Source: Promethearchaeota archaeon
GTDB taxonomy: Archaea; Asgardarchaeota; Lokiarchaeia; Sigyniarchaeales; SOKP01
Assembly: GCA_016840165.1 (NCBI GenBank)
Contig: JAEOSU010000057.1
Coordinates: 1-25,125, forward strand
Direction: 5' to 3'
Length of the DNA stretch: 25,125 nucleotides
How positions within the stretch are numbered: position 1 is the first letter of the stretch; the number at the start of each line of letters is the position of its first letter. A model generated the notes under the pieces. The model was given only the letters and a program-made list of their open reading frames with translations, was not told the DNA's origin and ran no database searches. The translations under genes were made by a program, and so were the position numbers. Below are positions 1 through 9,502 of the stretch, piece by piece.

Positions 1-635
1 GTTCTTACTAAGCCTGTATTACTCATAGCGCTTTTAAAAAAATCAAAAAGGCACACATAAGGTAAAATATCAATAGCGTCATGTTTTTGCCACATCTCAT
101 ATATAGGACAACTTAGAATATCAATACCATAATCAAAAGTCTTACCATCACCCTCTATATATTTGAAAATGAAATTCGAAGTTCCTTCACGATTTTGCAT
201 GAGTGTTTCATATCTTTTTATCACAATTTTATATAATTTATTAAAAGGAAAATTAGAAAGAATATTGAAAATAAAACGGATGAAATTAAGTTTTTTCTTC
301 ATCGCACCCTGGTAATATTCCTTATGCAAATCAAAAATAAATGATGCATTCTCGCGTTTTGAATATTCATAACGCTTCAAAACTTTTACAAGAGCTAATG
401 CAATTGAGATGTTTTTAATCTCTCTTAAAAGAAAATTTCTTTGCATTTTTAGAGCAATTATTTCTGGTAATAGAGTCTTATATTCCTCTTTCATCTCAAT
501 TAATATTAAATTTGCTTTAGGTGCTCCTAATTTAGGTATTAGAATTTTCTTAAATGTATCTAACTGCTTATCAAAATTCTTTAAGATTCTTGATTTCTGA
601 GAAATGTAATATTTTTTAATTCTTTTCTTATTCAA
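1..635 (-). CDS. L-2-amino-thiazoline-4-carboxylate (ATC) hydrolase-like family protein, 3' end beyond the left edge
   Basis: Not in the ORF track. Hand translation from TTG at 635 is open to the edge (211 codons): MNKKRIKKYYISQKSRILKNFDK...EGDGKTFDYGIDILSCPIYEMWQKHDAIDILPYVCLFDFFKSAMSNTGLVR. The FDYGID..C / PYxCxxD / GLxR pattern is what I recognise for this family. Confidence 0.7.
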   Translation of the reverse strand, partial: MNKKRIKKYYISQKSRILKNFDKQLDTFKKILIPKLGAPKANLILIEMKEEYKTLLPEIIALKMQRNFLLREIKNISIALALVKVLKRYEYSKRENASFIFDLHKEYYQGAMKKKLNFIRFIFNILSNFPFNKLYKIVIKRYETLMQNREGTSNFIFKYIEGDGKTFDYGIDILSCPIYEMWQKHDAIDILPYVCLFDFFKSAMSNTGLVR

Positions 636-689
636 GGTATAATTCCCTCTGATGAGCTATAGTATAATTCAATTTCTCAACATAAAAAA

Positions 690-706
690 TTAACTATAAA
701 TTAGAT
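690..706 (-). promoter_or_regulatory. Putative archaeal TATA box for the ATC-hydrolase-like gene
   Basis: Minus strand reads ..TCTAATTTATAGTT.., about 60 bp upstream of the TTG. The same TTTATAG core lies upstream of hppA and the GRE. Confidence 0.35.
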
Positions 707-726
707 TTTAAGAAGACTTTCAATTT

Positions 727-756
727 AAAAAGAAGAAAAAAAGAAAAAAAGAAAAG
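727..756 (-). terminator. Oligo-T archaeal-type terminator after hppA
   Basis: Plus strand is a run of A tracts broken by single G, giving long U tracts on the minus-strand transcript 25-55 nt after the stop. Confidence 0.6.
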
Positions 757-780
757 ATTTTGTTTAAGTTTCAATAATTC

Positions 781-2904
781 TTAAATTGCCAATGCTGCTA
801 ATAAGCCGTCGGCGCCAAGAAGTAGAAAAAGTCCCATAAAGATCGATGCTGTAAGACTCATCACGACAAGCAAGGTATTTATGCTTGGTCCTGCGGTATC
901 TTTGAATGGATCTCCTACTGTATCTCCCGTAATAGAGGCTTTGTGAACTTCCGTCCCTTTACCACCGAGATTACCATCCTCTATCCATTTCTTTGCGTTA
1001 TCCCAAGCTCCGCCAGCATTTGACATCATTACAGCGAATACAAATCCAGATAGAATTGCTCCAGCAAGGAAAGCTCCCAATGCTGCAACTCCAAAAAAAA
1101 TACCCACTGCTAGAGGTATTAATATAGAGATTAAGCTTGGAACAACAAGTTCTCGCAAGGATCCTTTAGTTGCAATGTCAATTGTTTTACCGAAATCAGC
1201 TGCTTCTTCTCCAGTTAATATTTTTGGATTCTCTTCGAATTGACGTCGAATTTCATCGACCATCTTCGCAGCATTCCTTTGAACTGAACGGATTAACAAC
1301 GCTGAAAAGAGCGCAGGTACCACCACTCCAATAAAGGCTCCGATGAGAACATTCACGTTAAGTAAATCTATACCCGTTGCGGTGATTCCAGCTTCTTCCG
1401 TATAGGAAAACAGTAAAGCAAGTACGGTTAAATTAGCGGCTCCAATCGCAAATCCTTTAGTAATGGCTTTAGCAGTATTACCTGCTGAATCTAACAGATC
1501 TGCGGTTCGAATCACATCTTCACCCAGTTCACCTTGTTCTGCAATTGCTCTCGAATTATCAACAATTGGACCGTATGCATCGTTTGAAACTATAGTTCCA
1601 ACAATAGCTAACATCCCTACCGCAGCCATCGACACTCCAAATACGCCTCCTAGAAGATAGGAAACTGCCATTGCAACGATAATTCCTATTGCTGGAGGAA
1701 CCACACTGAGTAATCCATAGGAAAATCCAGATAATATAACTACTGCATGGCCCTCTTTAGCTGCATGTGCTATATTTCTAGTTGGTTTACGGTCATCTCT
1801 CGTATAGTAATCACTGGTAAAACCGATAATGATCCCAGAGAATAGCCCTAGAATTAAAGCTAACCACACTCTCCATAACAAAACTGTTCCCGCTGCATCT
1901 TGCCCTATAGTCAAGAATAGGGTAAATAAAGCAGATAAACCAGCAAAAATTATAGTAGAGAAGTAAGTTCCGCTATTTAACGCTTTTCCAGGATCAGAAG
2001 ATCCTTTTAACTTAATATAGAAGATACCAATTAAAGAAGCAATTAATCCAACACCACATAATACAACAGGTGCGATCACTAAAGTTGCTCTTAAATTTTC
2101 TGAGATAGCTACATTTCCAAGCGGGGCTTCAATTAAACTAAGTGCTGCAGCGAGAATCATTGAGGCTACAATAGACGCAACATATGAATCGAAGAGATCT
2201 GATCCCATACCAGCTATGTCACCAACGTTGTCGCCAACATTGTCAGCTATCGTGGCAGGATTTCTTGGATCATCTTCAGGTAAATCATATTCCGCTTTTC
2301 CAACTAAATCTGCGCCTACATCAGCAGTTTTCGTATATATACCGCCCCCACATTTCATGAATAGTGCGATACTGCTCGCACCAAAACTAAATCCCAGGAC
2401 TACTAATGGAGAACCAAAGATCCAATAAATAATGGATACCCCGATTAAAGCGACACCTACGACGGCAAGACCCATGACGGACCCTCCGAAAAAAGCAATA
2501 TCAAACCCTTCTTTGGTGCCTATGGTACATCCTTGGGCTGCTCTCGAGTTTGCTTTTACTCCTACATATAATCCCAAATACCCTGCTAACATTGAACCAA
2601 CACTACCGATGACGTATGCTAAAGCTTGTTCCCAATTAAAGAACACAGCTAATCTTTCACTGGTTTCTAAAGGACTTGGCAACAAAAAGAATATCACGAA
2701 AAAAAAGGCTCCAACAAAGATTCCAAGGATCTTATATTGAACCTTGATATATTTTTTCGCGCCTTTTTCAATATAACCTGCAACTTCCACCATTCTTTCG
2801 TTTCCAGGGTCTTCTTTCATTACTAATGTTCTGAAATAAAGTGCGAGTACAATCGAAATGATCCCCGCAATTAACGCTACAATTAAAATTATTGGTACTG
2901 CCAT
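781..2904 (-). CDS. hppA: Membrane-integral ion-translocating pyrophosphatase, K+-independent (H+-pumping) type
   Basis: 707 aa polytopic protein with GGGIYTKTADVGADLVGK, EDDPRN, DNVGDNVGD, DAYGPIVDN, GGAWDNAKK and GDTVGDPFKD motifs. GNTAKA carries the Lys diagnostic of K+ independence. Confidence 0.96.
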   Translation of the reverse strand: MAVPIILIVALIAGIISIVLALYFRTLVMKEDPGNERMVEVAGYIEKGAKKYIKVQYKILGIFVGAFFFVIFFLLPSPLETSERLAVFFNWEQALAYVIGSVGSMLAGYLGLYVGVKANSRAAQGCTIGTKEGFDIAFFGGSVMGLAVVGVALIGVSIIYWIFGSPLVVLGFSFGASSIALFMKCGGGIYTKTADVGADLVGKAEYDLPEDDPRNPATIADNVGDNVGDIAGMGSDLFDSYVASIVASMILAAALSLIEAPLGNVAISENLRATLVIAPVVLCGVGLIASLIGIFYIKLKGSSDPGKALNSGTYFSTIIFAGLSALFTLFLTIGQDAAGTVLLWRVWLALILGLFSGIIIGFTSDYYTRDDRKPTRNIAHAAKEGHAVVILSGFSYGLLSVVPPAIGIIVAMAVSYLLGGVFGVSMAAVGMLAIVGTIVSNDAYGPIVDNSRAIAEQGELGEDVIRTADLLDSAGNTAKAITKGFAIGAANLTVLALLFSYTEEAGITATGIDLLNVNVLIGAFIGVVVPALFSALLIRSVQRNAAKMVDEIRRQFEENPKILTGEEAADFGKTIDIATKGSLRELVVPSLISILIPLAVGIFFGVAALGAFLAGAILSGFVFAVMMSNAGGAWDNAKKWIEDGNLGGKGTEVHKASITGDTVGDPFKDTAGPSINTLLVVMSLTASIFMGLFLLLGADGLLAALAI

Positions 2905-2980
2905 TTTTTATCAAATTTTTTAATTTTTTTGTAAAAATGTGAATATAACAATATCACTATTATTTTTACTATTAGCCTAA

Positions 2981-2998
2981 ATGCTATAAATATTTTGA
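2981..2998 (-). promoter_or_regulatory. Putative BRE/TATA for hppA
   Basis: Minus strand CAAAATATTTATAGCAT, about 80 bp upstream of the ATG. Confidence 0.4.
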
Positions 2999-3030
2999 AT
3001 TTTATAAGAACCAGTGAATATTGATCCTAA

Positions 3031-3930
3031 TCAATTGGAGGGATCCTCCAAGGTGCTAAACCTTTCATTTTGAAACCCCCAGCATTCAAGAATATTCTCT
3101 GCTTGAGAGATTATCTGGTCAATTAATTCTTTTACGGTAAGGATTTTATGGTGATGCCCTATCGCGGTGGAAGGGGCCATAAAGTTTTTAGTATTATAGT
3201 GATATATTGTTTTGTAAAAATCCTTATCGAAAATATCTAAATTCAGCCATTTTTCCTTAAATTTTTGCGGGACGGGGCACTCTTCAGTCGCCATAAGTGC
3301 TGTTCCAAGACATACTCCTTCTGCGCCCATCATGATAGCAGCAAGAAAACCTCTCGCATCACCAATCCCTCCCGCTGCGATAACAGGGATTTGTAACAAT
3401 TTTTTGGCCATAGTGATATTAACTAACGTAGTAGTAGTGAAAGGGTTCTTAAAGCCCGTTCCTTCTAATCCAACAATAGTTATTGCATCAGCACCTTGTC
3501 CTTCGCTAGATATAGCATGCTTGAGAAGTACGCATTTATGGATCCAATAGGCATCTGCCTCATGAACTCTATCACCAATAAATTTGGCTTTATAGCCAGA
3601 AGTCGTGAATATGTTGCATCCTTCATTTAACGCAATTTCTACATAAGTTAAGTATCTTTTTTCCATCTCTTTTCGGGAAGATTTATCACTAGCTTTGTGA
3701 TGTGGCAATGAAAGGTTAACTCCAAACGGTTTACTAGTTAAATCTTTCATCAATTTAAGATCTTTTTTAAAGTCTTCAGGATCCGGAAAGTTTAATGCCG
3801 CGATTATACCTAAACCGCCCGCATTCGAAAAGTGAGACGCAAATTCTGCTTTTCCCCAGCCACCAAAAGCACCCATAATTAATGGATAGGTTATGTTCAT
3901 CATTTGCGTAATTTTTGTATTCCAGATCAT
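3031..3930 (-). CDS. Nitronate monooxygenase / FabK-like FMN TIM-barrel oxidoreductase (His-less variant)
   Basis: YPLIMG, SNAGGLGII, KPFGVNL, IPVIAAGGIGDARG..AA..MGAEGVCLGT motifs. The usual EAGGH segment reads EGTGF. Confidence 0.85.
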   Translation of the reverse strand: MIWNTKITQMMNITYPLIMGAFGGWGKAEFASHFSNAGGLGIIAALNFPDPEDFKKDLKLMKDLTSKPFGVNLSLPHHKASDKSSRKEMEKRYLTYVEIALNEGCNIFTTSGYKAKFIGDRVHEADAYWIHKCVLLKHAISSEGQGADAITIVGLEGTGFKNPFTTTTLVNITMAKKLLQIPVIAAGGIGDARGFLAAIMMGAEGVCLGTALMATEECPVPQKFKEKWLNLDIFDKDFYKTIYHYNTKNFMAPSTAIGHHHKILTVKELIDQIISQAENILECWGFQNERFSTLEDPSN

Positions 3931-4095
3931 AGATTCAAACCTTGGTTTTAATTATTTTTCTTTATTGTTTTTAATGAAGTTTGGAATGTGTTTTTTCTCG
4001 CAACGTCTTCGAGATTCCCAGTTTTTCCAAAGCACATCAAATTTTCTCTCTAACTCTTCTTCAGTTAATTCATCATTCTTGTCTTGCTGAGTCAT

Positions 4096-5628
4096 TTAAG
4101 TACCCCCTTCTCGTATTGGAAATCGGCTTCTTGTCATCATATATTCATGAAGTAATTTATCTAATAATTCTAATCGTAATTCCTTATCCTTATCCCATAG
4201 ATTATGGAGCTCAGCATTATCATTCTTTCTATCATAAATATCTCCATATCCCGGGAGTTCACCATAAGTAGTTAGCTTGTAATCCTCAGTAATTAGATGA
4301 GCAAGACGAGTAAATAATGGTCCCTTGGGACCTACCTCCTCATCCTCAACGATTAAGACACAATCACGTACTTTTTCAGAAGAATCTCTGAGTGTAGGAA
4401 TCATATTATGTCCTTGCATTAATGGCGGTCGATATCGCTCTTTAATTCCCAAAATGTCCATAATTGTTCGTGGAATATCGACTGAACTGATTAAGGCATC
4501 TGAAACAGCGGATTTAGTCAGGCTAGGTACTTTCCAGATTAAAGGAATATGCAGTGTACCCTTAAAAGGTGAAGGTCCTTTCAGCAACATTGAATGATCG
4601 CCCAAATAGTCACCATGATCTGAGGTAAAAATGACCATCGTGTTCTTTTCCAAACCAAGTTTTCCTAGAGATGCAAGAATCTGTCCAACGGCGTGATCTA
4701 TAAGACTCACAGAACCATAATTGAATGCTATAAATTTTCTTATTGTCTCTTCCGTTTCTTCGCGGATCATTGCTTTCCTTATTGGAGGGTTTTTCATGTA
4801 TTTTCCTAAATAAGGGTGCTCATAAAGACGAGAAATGTTTACAATATTCTCAGGTAAAAGCATATCTTCTGGTTTATACATATTTCGATACTTTCCTGGA
4901 GGTGCAACAGGATAATGGGGATCTGGAAAAGAACAATGGAGATAAAAATTATCGCTATCATATTTTCCCTCAGCATATCTTTCAAGTACTTCAATAGTAT
5001 GATTTTGAATATAAGTGGTGTTATACAACTCTTCAGGGATGAAGCTGTCATAGGTTAATTCAAAATAATTATCTAGATACTGGTAATCATCTATTACCCG
5101 TTTTGCGAGATCGGGCGCTCTTTCCTCCAACCACTCGTGATAATGCCCCAATACCAGGGGTCCATGGCCAATGGTTAAATAATTCTCTTCAAATCCATAA
5201 TATGGTGAGGGAAAAGCTTTCTTTGTTAATTCTCGCTTCTTAGGATCAGGATCCTTCCAAATATCAAAGCATTCAAGGGAATGATCTTTTGGTTTATACG
5301 GGGGTGTCCAAAAGTTAAAATGAGTTTTTCCGACATTGATAGTATGATAACCCCTTTTAACAAGAGTTTGAGTGATGGTAGGAACATCTGTAGGTAAATT
5401 TATACCATTACTTCGTACACCATGGACATTTGGATAATACCCCGTTAACCAAGTTGCTCTGTTTGGCATACACATCGGGTTAGTGCAAAATGCGTTGGTA
5501 AACCTCACGCTTTCATTTGCTAATTTATCGATATTAGGTGTTTTTATTAAATTGTTTCCATAGCAATGGAGCATATCCACCCGGTGTTGATCAGTGGTAA
5601 TAAATAACACATTCATTTTTTTATTCAT
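4096..5628 (-). CDS. Cys-type formylglycine-dependent sulfatase (sulfatase/phosphonate hydrolase-like), no signal peptide
   Basis: NVLFITTDQHR, CMPNRA (CxPxR), GKTH, SFPDPHYP, FTSDHG and LLKG motifs. Start more likely ATG 5628 (or 5616) than the TTG at 5643. Confidence 0.9.
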   Translation of the reverse strand: MNKKMNVLFITTDQHRVDMLHCYGNNLIKTPNIDKLANESVRFTNAFCTNPMCMPNRATWLTGYYPNVHGVRSNGINLPTDVPTITQTLVKRGYHTINVGKTHFNFWTPPYKPKDHSLECFDIWKDPDPKKRELTKKAFPSPYYGFEENYLTIGHGPLVLGHYHEWLEERAPDLAKRVIDDYQYLDNYFELTYDSFIPEELYNTTYIQNHTIEVLERYAEGKYDSDNFYLHCSFPDPHYPVAPPGKYRNMYKPEDMLLPENIVNISRLYEHPYLGKYMKNPPIRKAMIREETEETIRKFIAFNYGSVSLIDHAVGQILASLGKLGLEKNTMVIFTSDHGDYLGDHSMLLKGPSPFKGTLHIPLIWKVPSLTKSAVSDALISSVDIPRTIMDILGIKERYRPPLMQGHNMIPTLRDSSEKVRDCVLIVEDEEVGPKGPLFTRLAHLITEDYKLTTYGELPGYGDIYDRKNDNAELHNLWDKDKELRLELLDKLLHEYMMTRSRFPIREGGT

Positions 5629-5750
5629 AGATGAGCAGTCCAAAAATGTAAACGATAAAATACTATTATTTTATACTAATGAGTTAGAAAAATAAGAATG
5701 GAAAAAAAAAGTTCGTAATTTCTATGATGCGTGAATGATCATCTATCCCT

Positions 5751-6635
5751 TTAAAGAGTGAATTCCCCAACCTTAGGGCGAGTTTCAATTTTAGGATAGA
5801 TTATTCCTGTCACTGGAGGGCAACTATTATAAATTTCTTCAATATCTATTGCCCCTAATTTAACCCCACGATATTTTTTATATCCTAAAAATGTCCCTTT
5901 TACAACCTGGTACACAAAATCAAAATTCATACCAAATACGGCTACTTTGGCATTAACCGGAATCTTTATGAGGTCTTGTTTAAGGATTGAAGGTGGAAAG
6001 ACCAATCTATTATGATCTGCAGCTTGAAGTTGAATAACAGGAATCATGATTGGATAGCCATCATTTGGATCGATATAGGAAATTACTCTCACTGCAATCA
6101 TATCCCGAAATAATTTATAGCCAATTACGTTTAATCGCTTCTCTGATAATTTGGTTTTTGCTCCTCCTTTAGCGATGAGATTCTTTAATATTCCTTTTAC
6201 GATCCCGAATAGCGGTAAATCCCTAATAGATGTTGTTGTGACGATATTATTATAGTACGCGGTATGGGTTCTCACATAGGTGAAATAGCGCATAAGTTGC
6301 GATTTATTAAAGTGTTCTAAATCCGGTCCTTCTTTTGAAGTATGAGAAAAGTTCACTTTTAATTGAACGAATTTAAACGGCATCTCAGCAGTCATATATA
6401 ATATCCCTTGTTTTGGTCTTTCCTTGACATATTTTTTACTCAAACCCTCTACAAACGCCCCCCACACTAATTTATTGTTCGAGATTATTCGATTACTGGA
6501 GATCATTGTTATATGGGGCCGTTCTTTGTCATCTATTGTAGAGACAAGCTTCAACATAATATCGGGTTGAGTAAATAACATGGTTTCCTCATTTGCTTCA
6601 GATTCCCATTGGACTGCTTTATTATTTTTACCCAT
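5751..6635 (-). CDS. Tandem pyridoxamine 5'-phosphate oxidase-like (split beta-barrel) flavin-binding protein
   Basis: Two related segments, LKLVSTIDDKERPHIT and VRVISYIDPNDGYPIM, each matching the (L/I)(A/S)T(V/I)D.DG.P start of split-barrel domains. Confidence 0.6.
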   Translation of the reverse strand: MGKNNKAVQWESEANEETMLFTQPDIMLKLVSTIDDKERPHITMISSNRIISNNKLVWGAFVEGLSKKYVKERPKQGILYMTAEMPFKFVQLKVNFSHTSKEGPDLEHFNKSQLMRYFTYVRTHTAYYNNIVTTTSIRDLPLFGIVKGILKNLIAKGGAKTKLSEKRLNVIGYKLFRDMIAVRVISYIDPNDGYPIMIPVIQLQAADHNRLVFPPSILKQDLIKIPVNAKVAVFGMNFDFVYQVVKGTFLGYKKYRGVKLGAIDIEEIYNSCPPVTGIIYPKIETRPKVGEFTL

Positions 6636-6727
6636 CTTTCTCGCTTACTATTTTTTTATTCTAATATTCTAAAATTATTGAGGCTATTTTAAGTTGATAG
6701 ATCTACATTTGAGAATAACAAAATTGT

Positions 6728-7675
6728 TTAGGTTTTCTTCGTGAGACCAGACCAGCGAACATTTTTTACTCCAGTTTTTTTAGCCACCTCATAAAAAAAC
6801 TTAATTTCTTCCTCTTTCATAAGAGGAGTACCATTTAAGATCCAATTCATATCTAATCTCTGATATTTCGATTCACATAAATTATTAAAACTTAACAAAT
6901 CCCATCGTTCAGGAATGTTCTTCAAAGATTTGACTATAAACTCTCCGATACCTTTAATGTTATTTTCGGTTGCGGTATAATTTGGAATAATAGGGGTTCT
7001 TATCCATAATATTTTATTATATTCTTTAACGTAATTAGCAATAAATTTAGCGTTTTCAAGAATTAACTCATTTGGAACACCAGTAAATTTTTTATGCTTC
7101 TCAGAATCAATTTCTTTGATATCTAATAGAACTAAATCAACAAAAGGCAAGAGTTTCTCATAAATCTTTTGGGATGCATAGCCACATGTATCTAAAGCGG
7201 TTGAGATATCATTTTGTTTACATTTCTTTAGAAATCGAAGGATAAAGTCTGATTGAAGAGTTGGTTCTCCGCCTGAAACAGTTATACCTCCTTTAGATTG
7301 GGTGTAATATACTTTATCCTTTTGGACCTCATGATATAAATCTTCGAGTTCCCACCAGATCCCAAAAAGATGGAGTGCTGTACTTGGACATTCTTCAGAG
7401 CATTCACCACAGCCTGTACATTTTTCTCGATCAATATGTAGTCCATCTTCTTCAAAATGTAATGCATTCAGTTTACAAACCTCAATACAAGTTTTACACC
7501 CAATACACTTGTGCTCAAACCATTCTAATTGAGGTTGTTTTGAAATCGATTCTGGGTTGTGACACCAGACGCATCGTAAAGGACATTGTTTAAAAAATAC
7601 AGTAGTCCTAATGCCTGGACCATCCTCCGTGGACATCTTCTGTATTTCAAATAATAATGCCTTAGTGTTAGTCAT
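6728..7675 (-). CDS. Glycyl-radical enzyme activating enzyme (radical SAM) with 2x[4Fe-4S] ferredoxin insert
   Basis: DGPGIRTTVFFKQCPLRCVWCHNPES (CxxxCxxC), insert CIGCKTCIEVC and CTGCGECSEECP, GGITVSGGEP, ALDTCGY, LLDIK. Confidence 0.95.
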   Translation of the reverse strand: MTNTKALLFEIQKMSTEDGPGIRTTVFFKQCPLRCVWCHNPESISKQPQLEWFEHKCIGCKTCIEVCKLNALHFEEDGLHIDREKCTGCGECSEECPSTALHLFGIWWELEDLYHEVQKDKVYYTQSKGGITVSGGEPTLQSDFILRFLKKCKQNDISTALDTCGYASQKIYEKLLPFVDLVLLDIKEIDSEKHKKFTGVPNELILENAKFIANYVKEYNKILWIRTPIIPNYTATENNIKGIGEFIVKSLKNIPERWDLLSFNNLCESKYQRLDMNWILNGTPLMKEEEIKFFYEVAKKTGVKNVRWSGLTKKT

Positions 7676-7831
7676 TCTTCCGAATAGTTAGATTTGATGA
7701 TATTAAATATTAGAATATTATGTTATACTTTAAGTTTTTTAGAATGAAATTTAATGATTGGAATCTTATTGAATAAAGTCTACATGAATACAATTTACAT
7801 TATTATGAAGATAAAAAAATATAAAAGAATT

Positions 7832-8863
7832 CTATTTTATTGATGAATAATTTTTCCGGATGGTCTTTTCCGCATCCTTTATTATTTTTTCAATTATTTC
7901 AGCTACATCATCAATATTATCTATAATACCTATTGATTGTCCTAATAAGACTGCACCTGTTTCAGTATCACCATTATAAACTCGATCATAAGCACCTAAG
8001 TCTTTTTCTCTTTGTTCGGGAGTTATTGACTGTTCATAAGCTATCATAGCTTCTTTATTAGTAGGAGCAGGATGTTCTAGTGCGTATTTATTCTTATATA
8101 AACGAATTGGTCCAAACGCGCCAGTATAAAGATCAGTGTCTTGAGGTTTACCTGGCGGGATAAGTGCTTTATACTTGGGGTGAAATTCACTTTGTTTCGA
8201 AGCAATAAATCTAGAACCCATTGCTATAGCACCCGCTCCTAAAGATAACGCTGCGGCTAGCGCTTCTCCGGTTGCGAATCCTCCACAAGCTATTTTAGGT
8301 AAATTAGGAAAGTGTTTGCTTATTTGTTGCAATAAGACTAGAGTAGTTACTTTCTCATAAGACTGATGTCCGCCCCCTTCTGTTCCAGTTACTACAATTC
8401 CATCAACACCTGAATCTACACATTTTTGGGCGAGCCACACAGCCGGTGCTACATGAAAATGTTTGACCTCGAATTTTTCTCTTAATTCTTTGAAATTTTT
8501 CGATTCAGGAAGGTAACGTGAGGATCCTGCTGAAGTTAACCAATAAATACACTGTTCTCTCATTTTGGGATTATTCATAACGATTTTTGGTAAATCTCTT
8601 ACCATTTCAACCACCCCGGGATTATTTCGGGAGGTGAGAATGTTAAGTCCAAAAGGTTTATCAGTATGTTCTACCATGTATTCTATACTCTGCATATGTT
8701 CTTTTACGGGATCCGTACCAACTATATTTACATTAGATAAGACCCCTAAACCTCCCGCTTCACTAACTGCCAAAGCTAAATCGCGAGTAAAAAAGGGTCC
8801 CATAGGAGCGCTAAAAATGGGGTGTTTAATCCCAAATAGTTTAGTTATATTCGTTTCTAACAT
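7832..8863 (-). CDS. Nitronate monooxygenase / FabK-like enoyl reductase family flavoprotein
   Basis: HPIFSAPMG, AVSEAGGLGVL, KPFGLN, GTEGGGH, IACGGFATG, MGSRF and GQSIG motifs. Confidence 0.9.
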   Translation of the reverse strand: MLETNITKLFGIKHPIFSAPMGPFFTRDLALAVSEAGGLGVLSNVNIVGTDPVKEHMQSIEYMVEHTDKPFGLNILTSRNNPGVVEMVRDLPKIVMNNPKMREQCIYWLTSAGSSRYLPESKNFKELREKFEVKHFHVAPAVWLAQKCVDSGVDGIVVTGTEGGGHQSYEKVTTLVLLQQISKHFPNLPKIACGGFATGEALAAALSLGAGAIAMGSRFIASKQSEFHPKYKALIPPGKPQDTDLYTGAFGPIRLYKNKYALEHPAPTNKEAMIAYEQSITPEQREKDLGAYDRVYNGDTETGAVLLGQSIGIIDNIDDVAEIIEKIIKDAEKTIRKNYSSIK

Positions 8864-8943
8864 TTTTTCATCAAATTTAATTATTGTATAATTAGATATT
8901 CTATATTTATTAAAAATTATTTTTCAAAATATTAAGAAAGAAA

Positions 8944-9501
8944 TTACTTTAATTTAGGCTTAAAAATTATTGCTGGTTTAGTTCGTTTAGAATAAATAAA
9001 ATTATTGGTTTCTTTTATATCACCGTATTTTCTCTTTAGATCATCTAAATAACCTGCATCTATAGCATGAGTTCGACAAGCTTCAACACAAATCGGTAAT
9101 CTTCCTTCTACAAATCGATCTAAACAATAATTACATTTATGCATTCTGGCTCCCACTTCAGCGCTAAATTGAGGTGCATCATATGGGCAAGCTTTCAAGC
9201 ATTTCGAATCACATTGTTCATTTCCAATACATTTTTCACTGTTTACGACTACAATACCATTATCCTTCCGTTTCGAAATAGCTTCAACGGGACAAACGGC
9301 TATACAAACAGGATCTTCACAATGAAAGCATGGATTAATGCGATAACTTACAAATACCTCGGGAAATTTACCTGTTTCTTTGTATAATATCCTCATCCAT
9401 TTTTCTGGACCTGCAGGGATATCATGCCAGTCTTTGCATGCAACAGTACATGCTGAACATCCGATACAACGTGTTTGATTAAAATAAAACCCAATCTGCA
9501 A
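8944..9501 (-). CDS. dmsB: DmsB-like four-cluster Fe-S electron-transfer subunit
   Basis: QIGFYFNQTRCIGCSACTVACKDW, CFHCEDPVC..VCP, CIGNEQCDSKCLKACPY, KCNYC..PICVEAC (16 Cys). TTG start just after the dmsA-like stop. Confidence 0.88.
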   Translation of the reverse strand: MQIGFYFNQTRCIGCSACTVACKDWHDIPAGPEKWMRILYKETGKFPEVFVSYRINPCFHCEDPVCIAVCPVEAISKRKDNGIVVVNSEKCIGNEQCDSKCLKACPYDAPQFSAEVGARMHKCNYCLDRFVEGRLPICVEACRTHAIDAGYLDDLKRKYGDIKETNNFIYSKRTKPAIIFKPKLK

Positions 9502-9502
9502 A

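Noticed and set aside
6728-7675. Radical SAM protein as the anaerobic sulfatase-maturating enzyme for the nearby sulfatase
   Set aside because: It has GRE-activase motifs and no C-terminal SPASM cysteines; the maturase must be encoded elsewhere.
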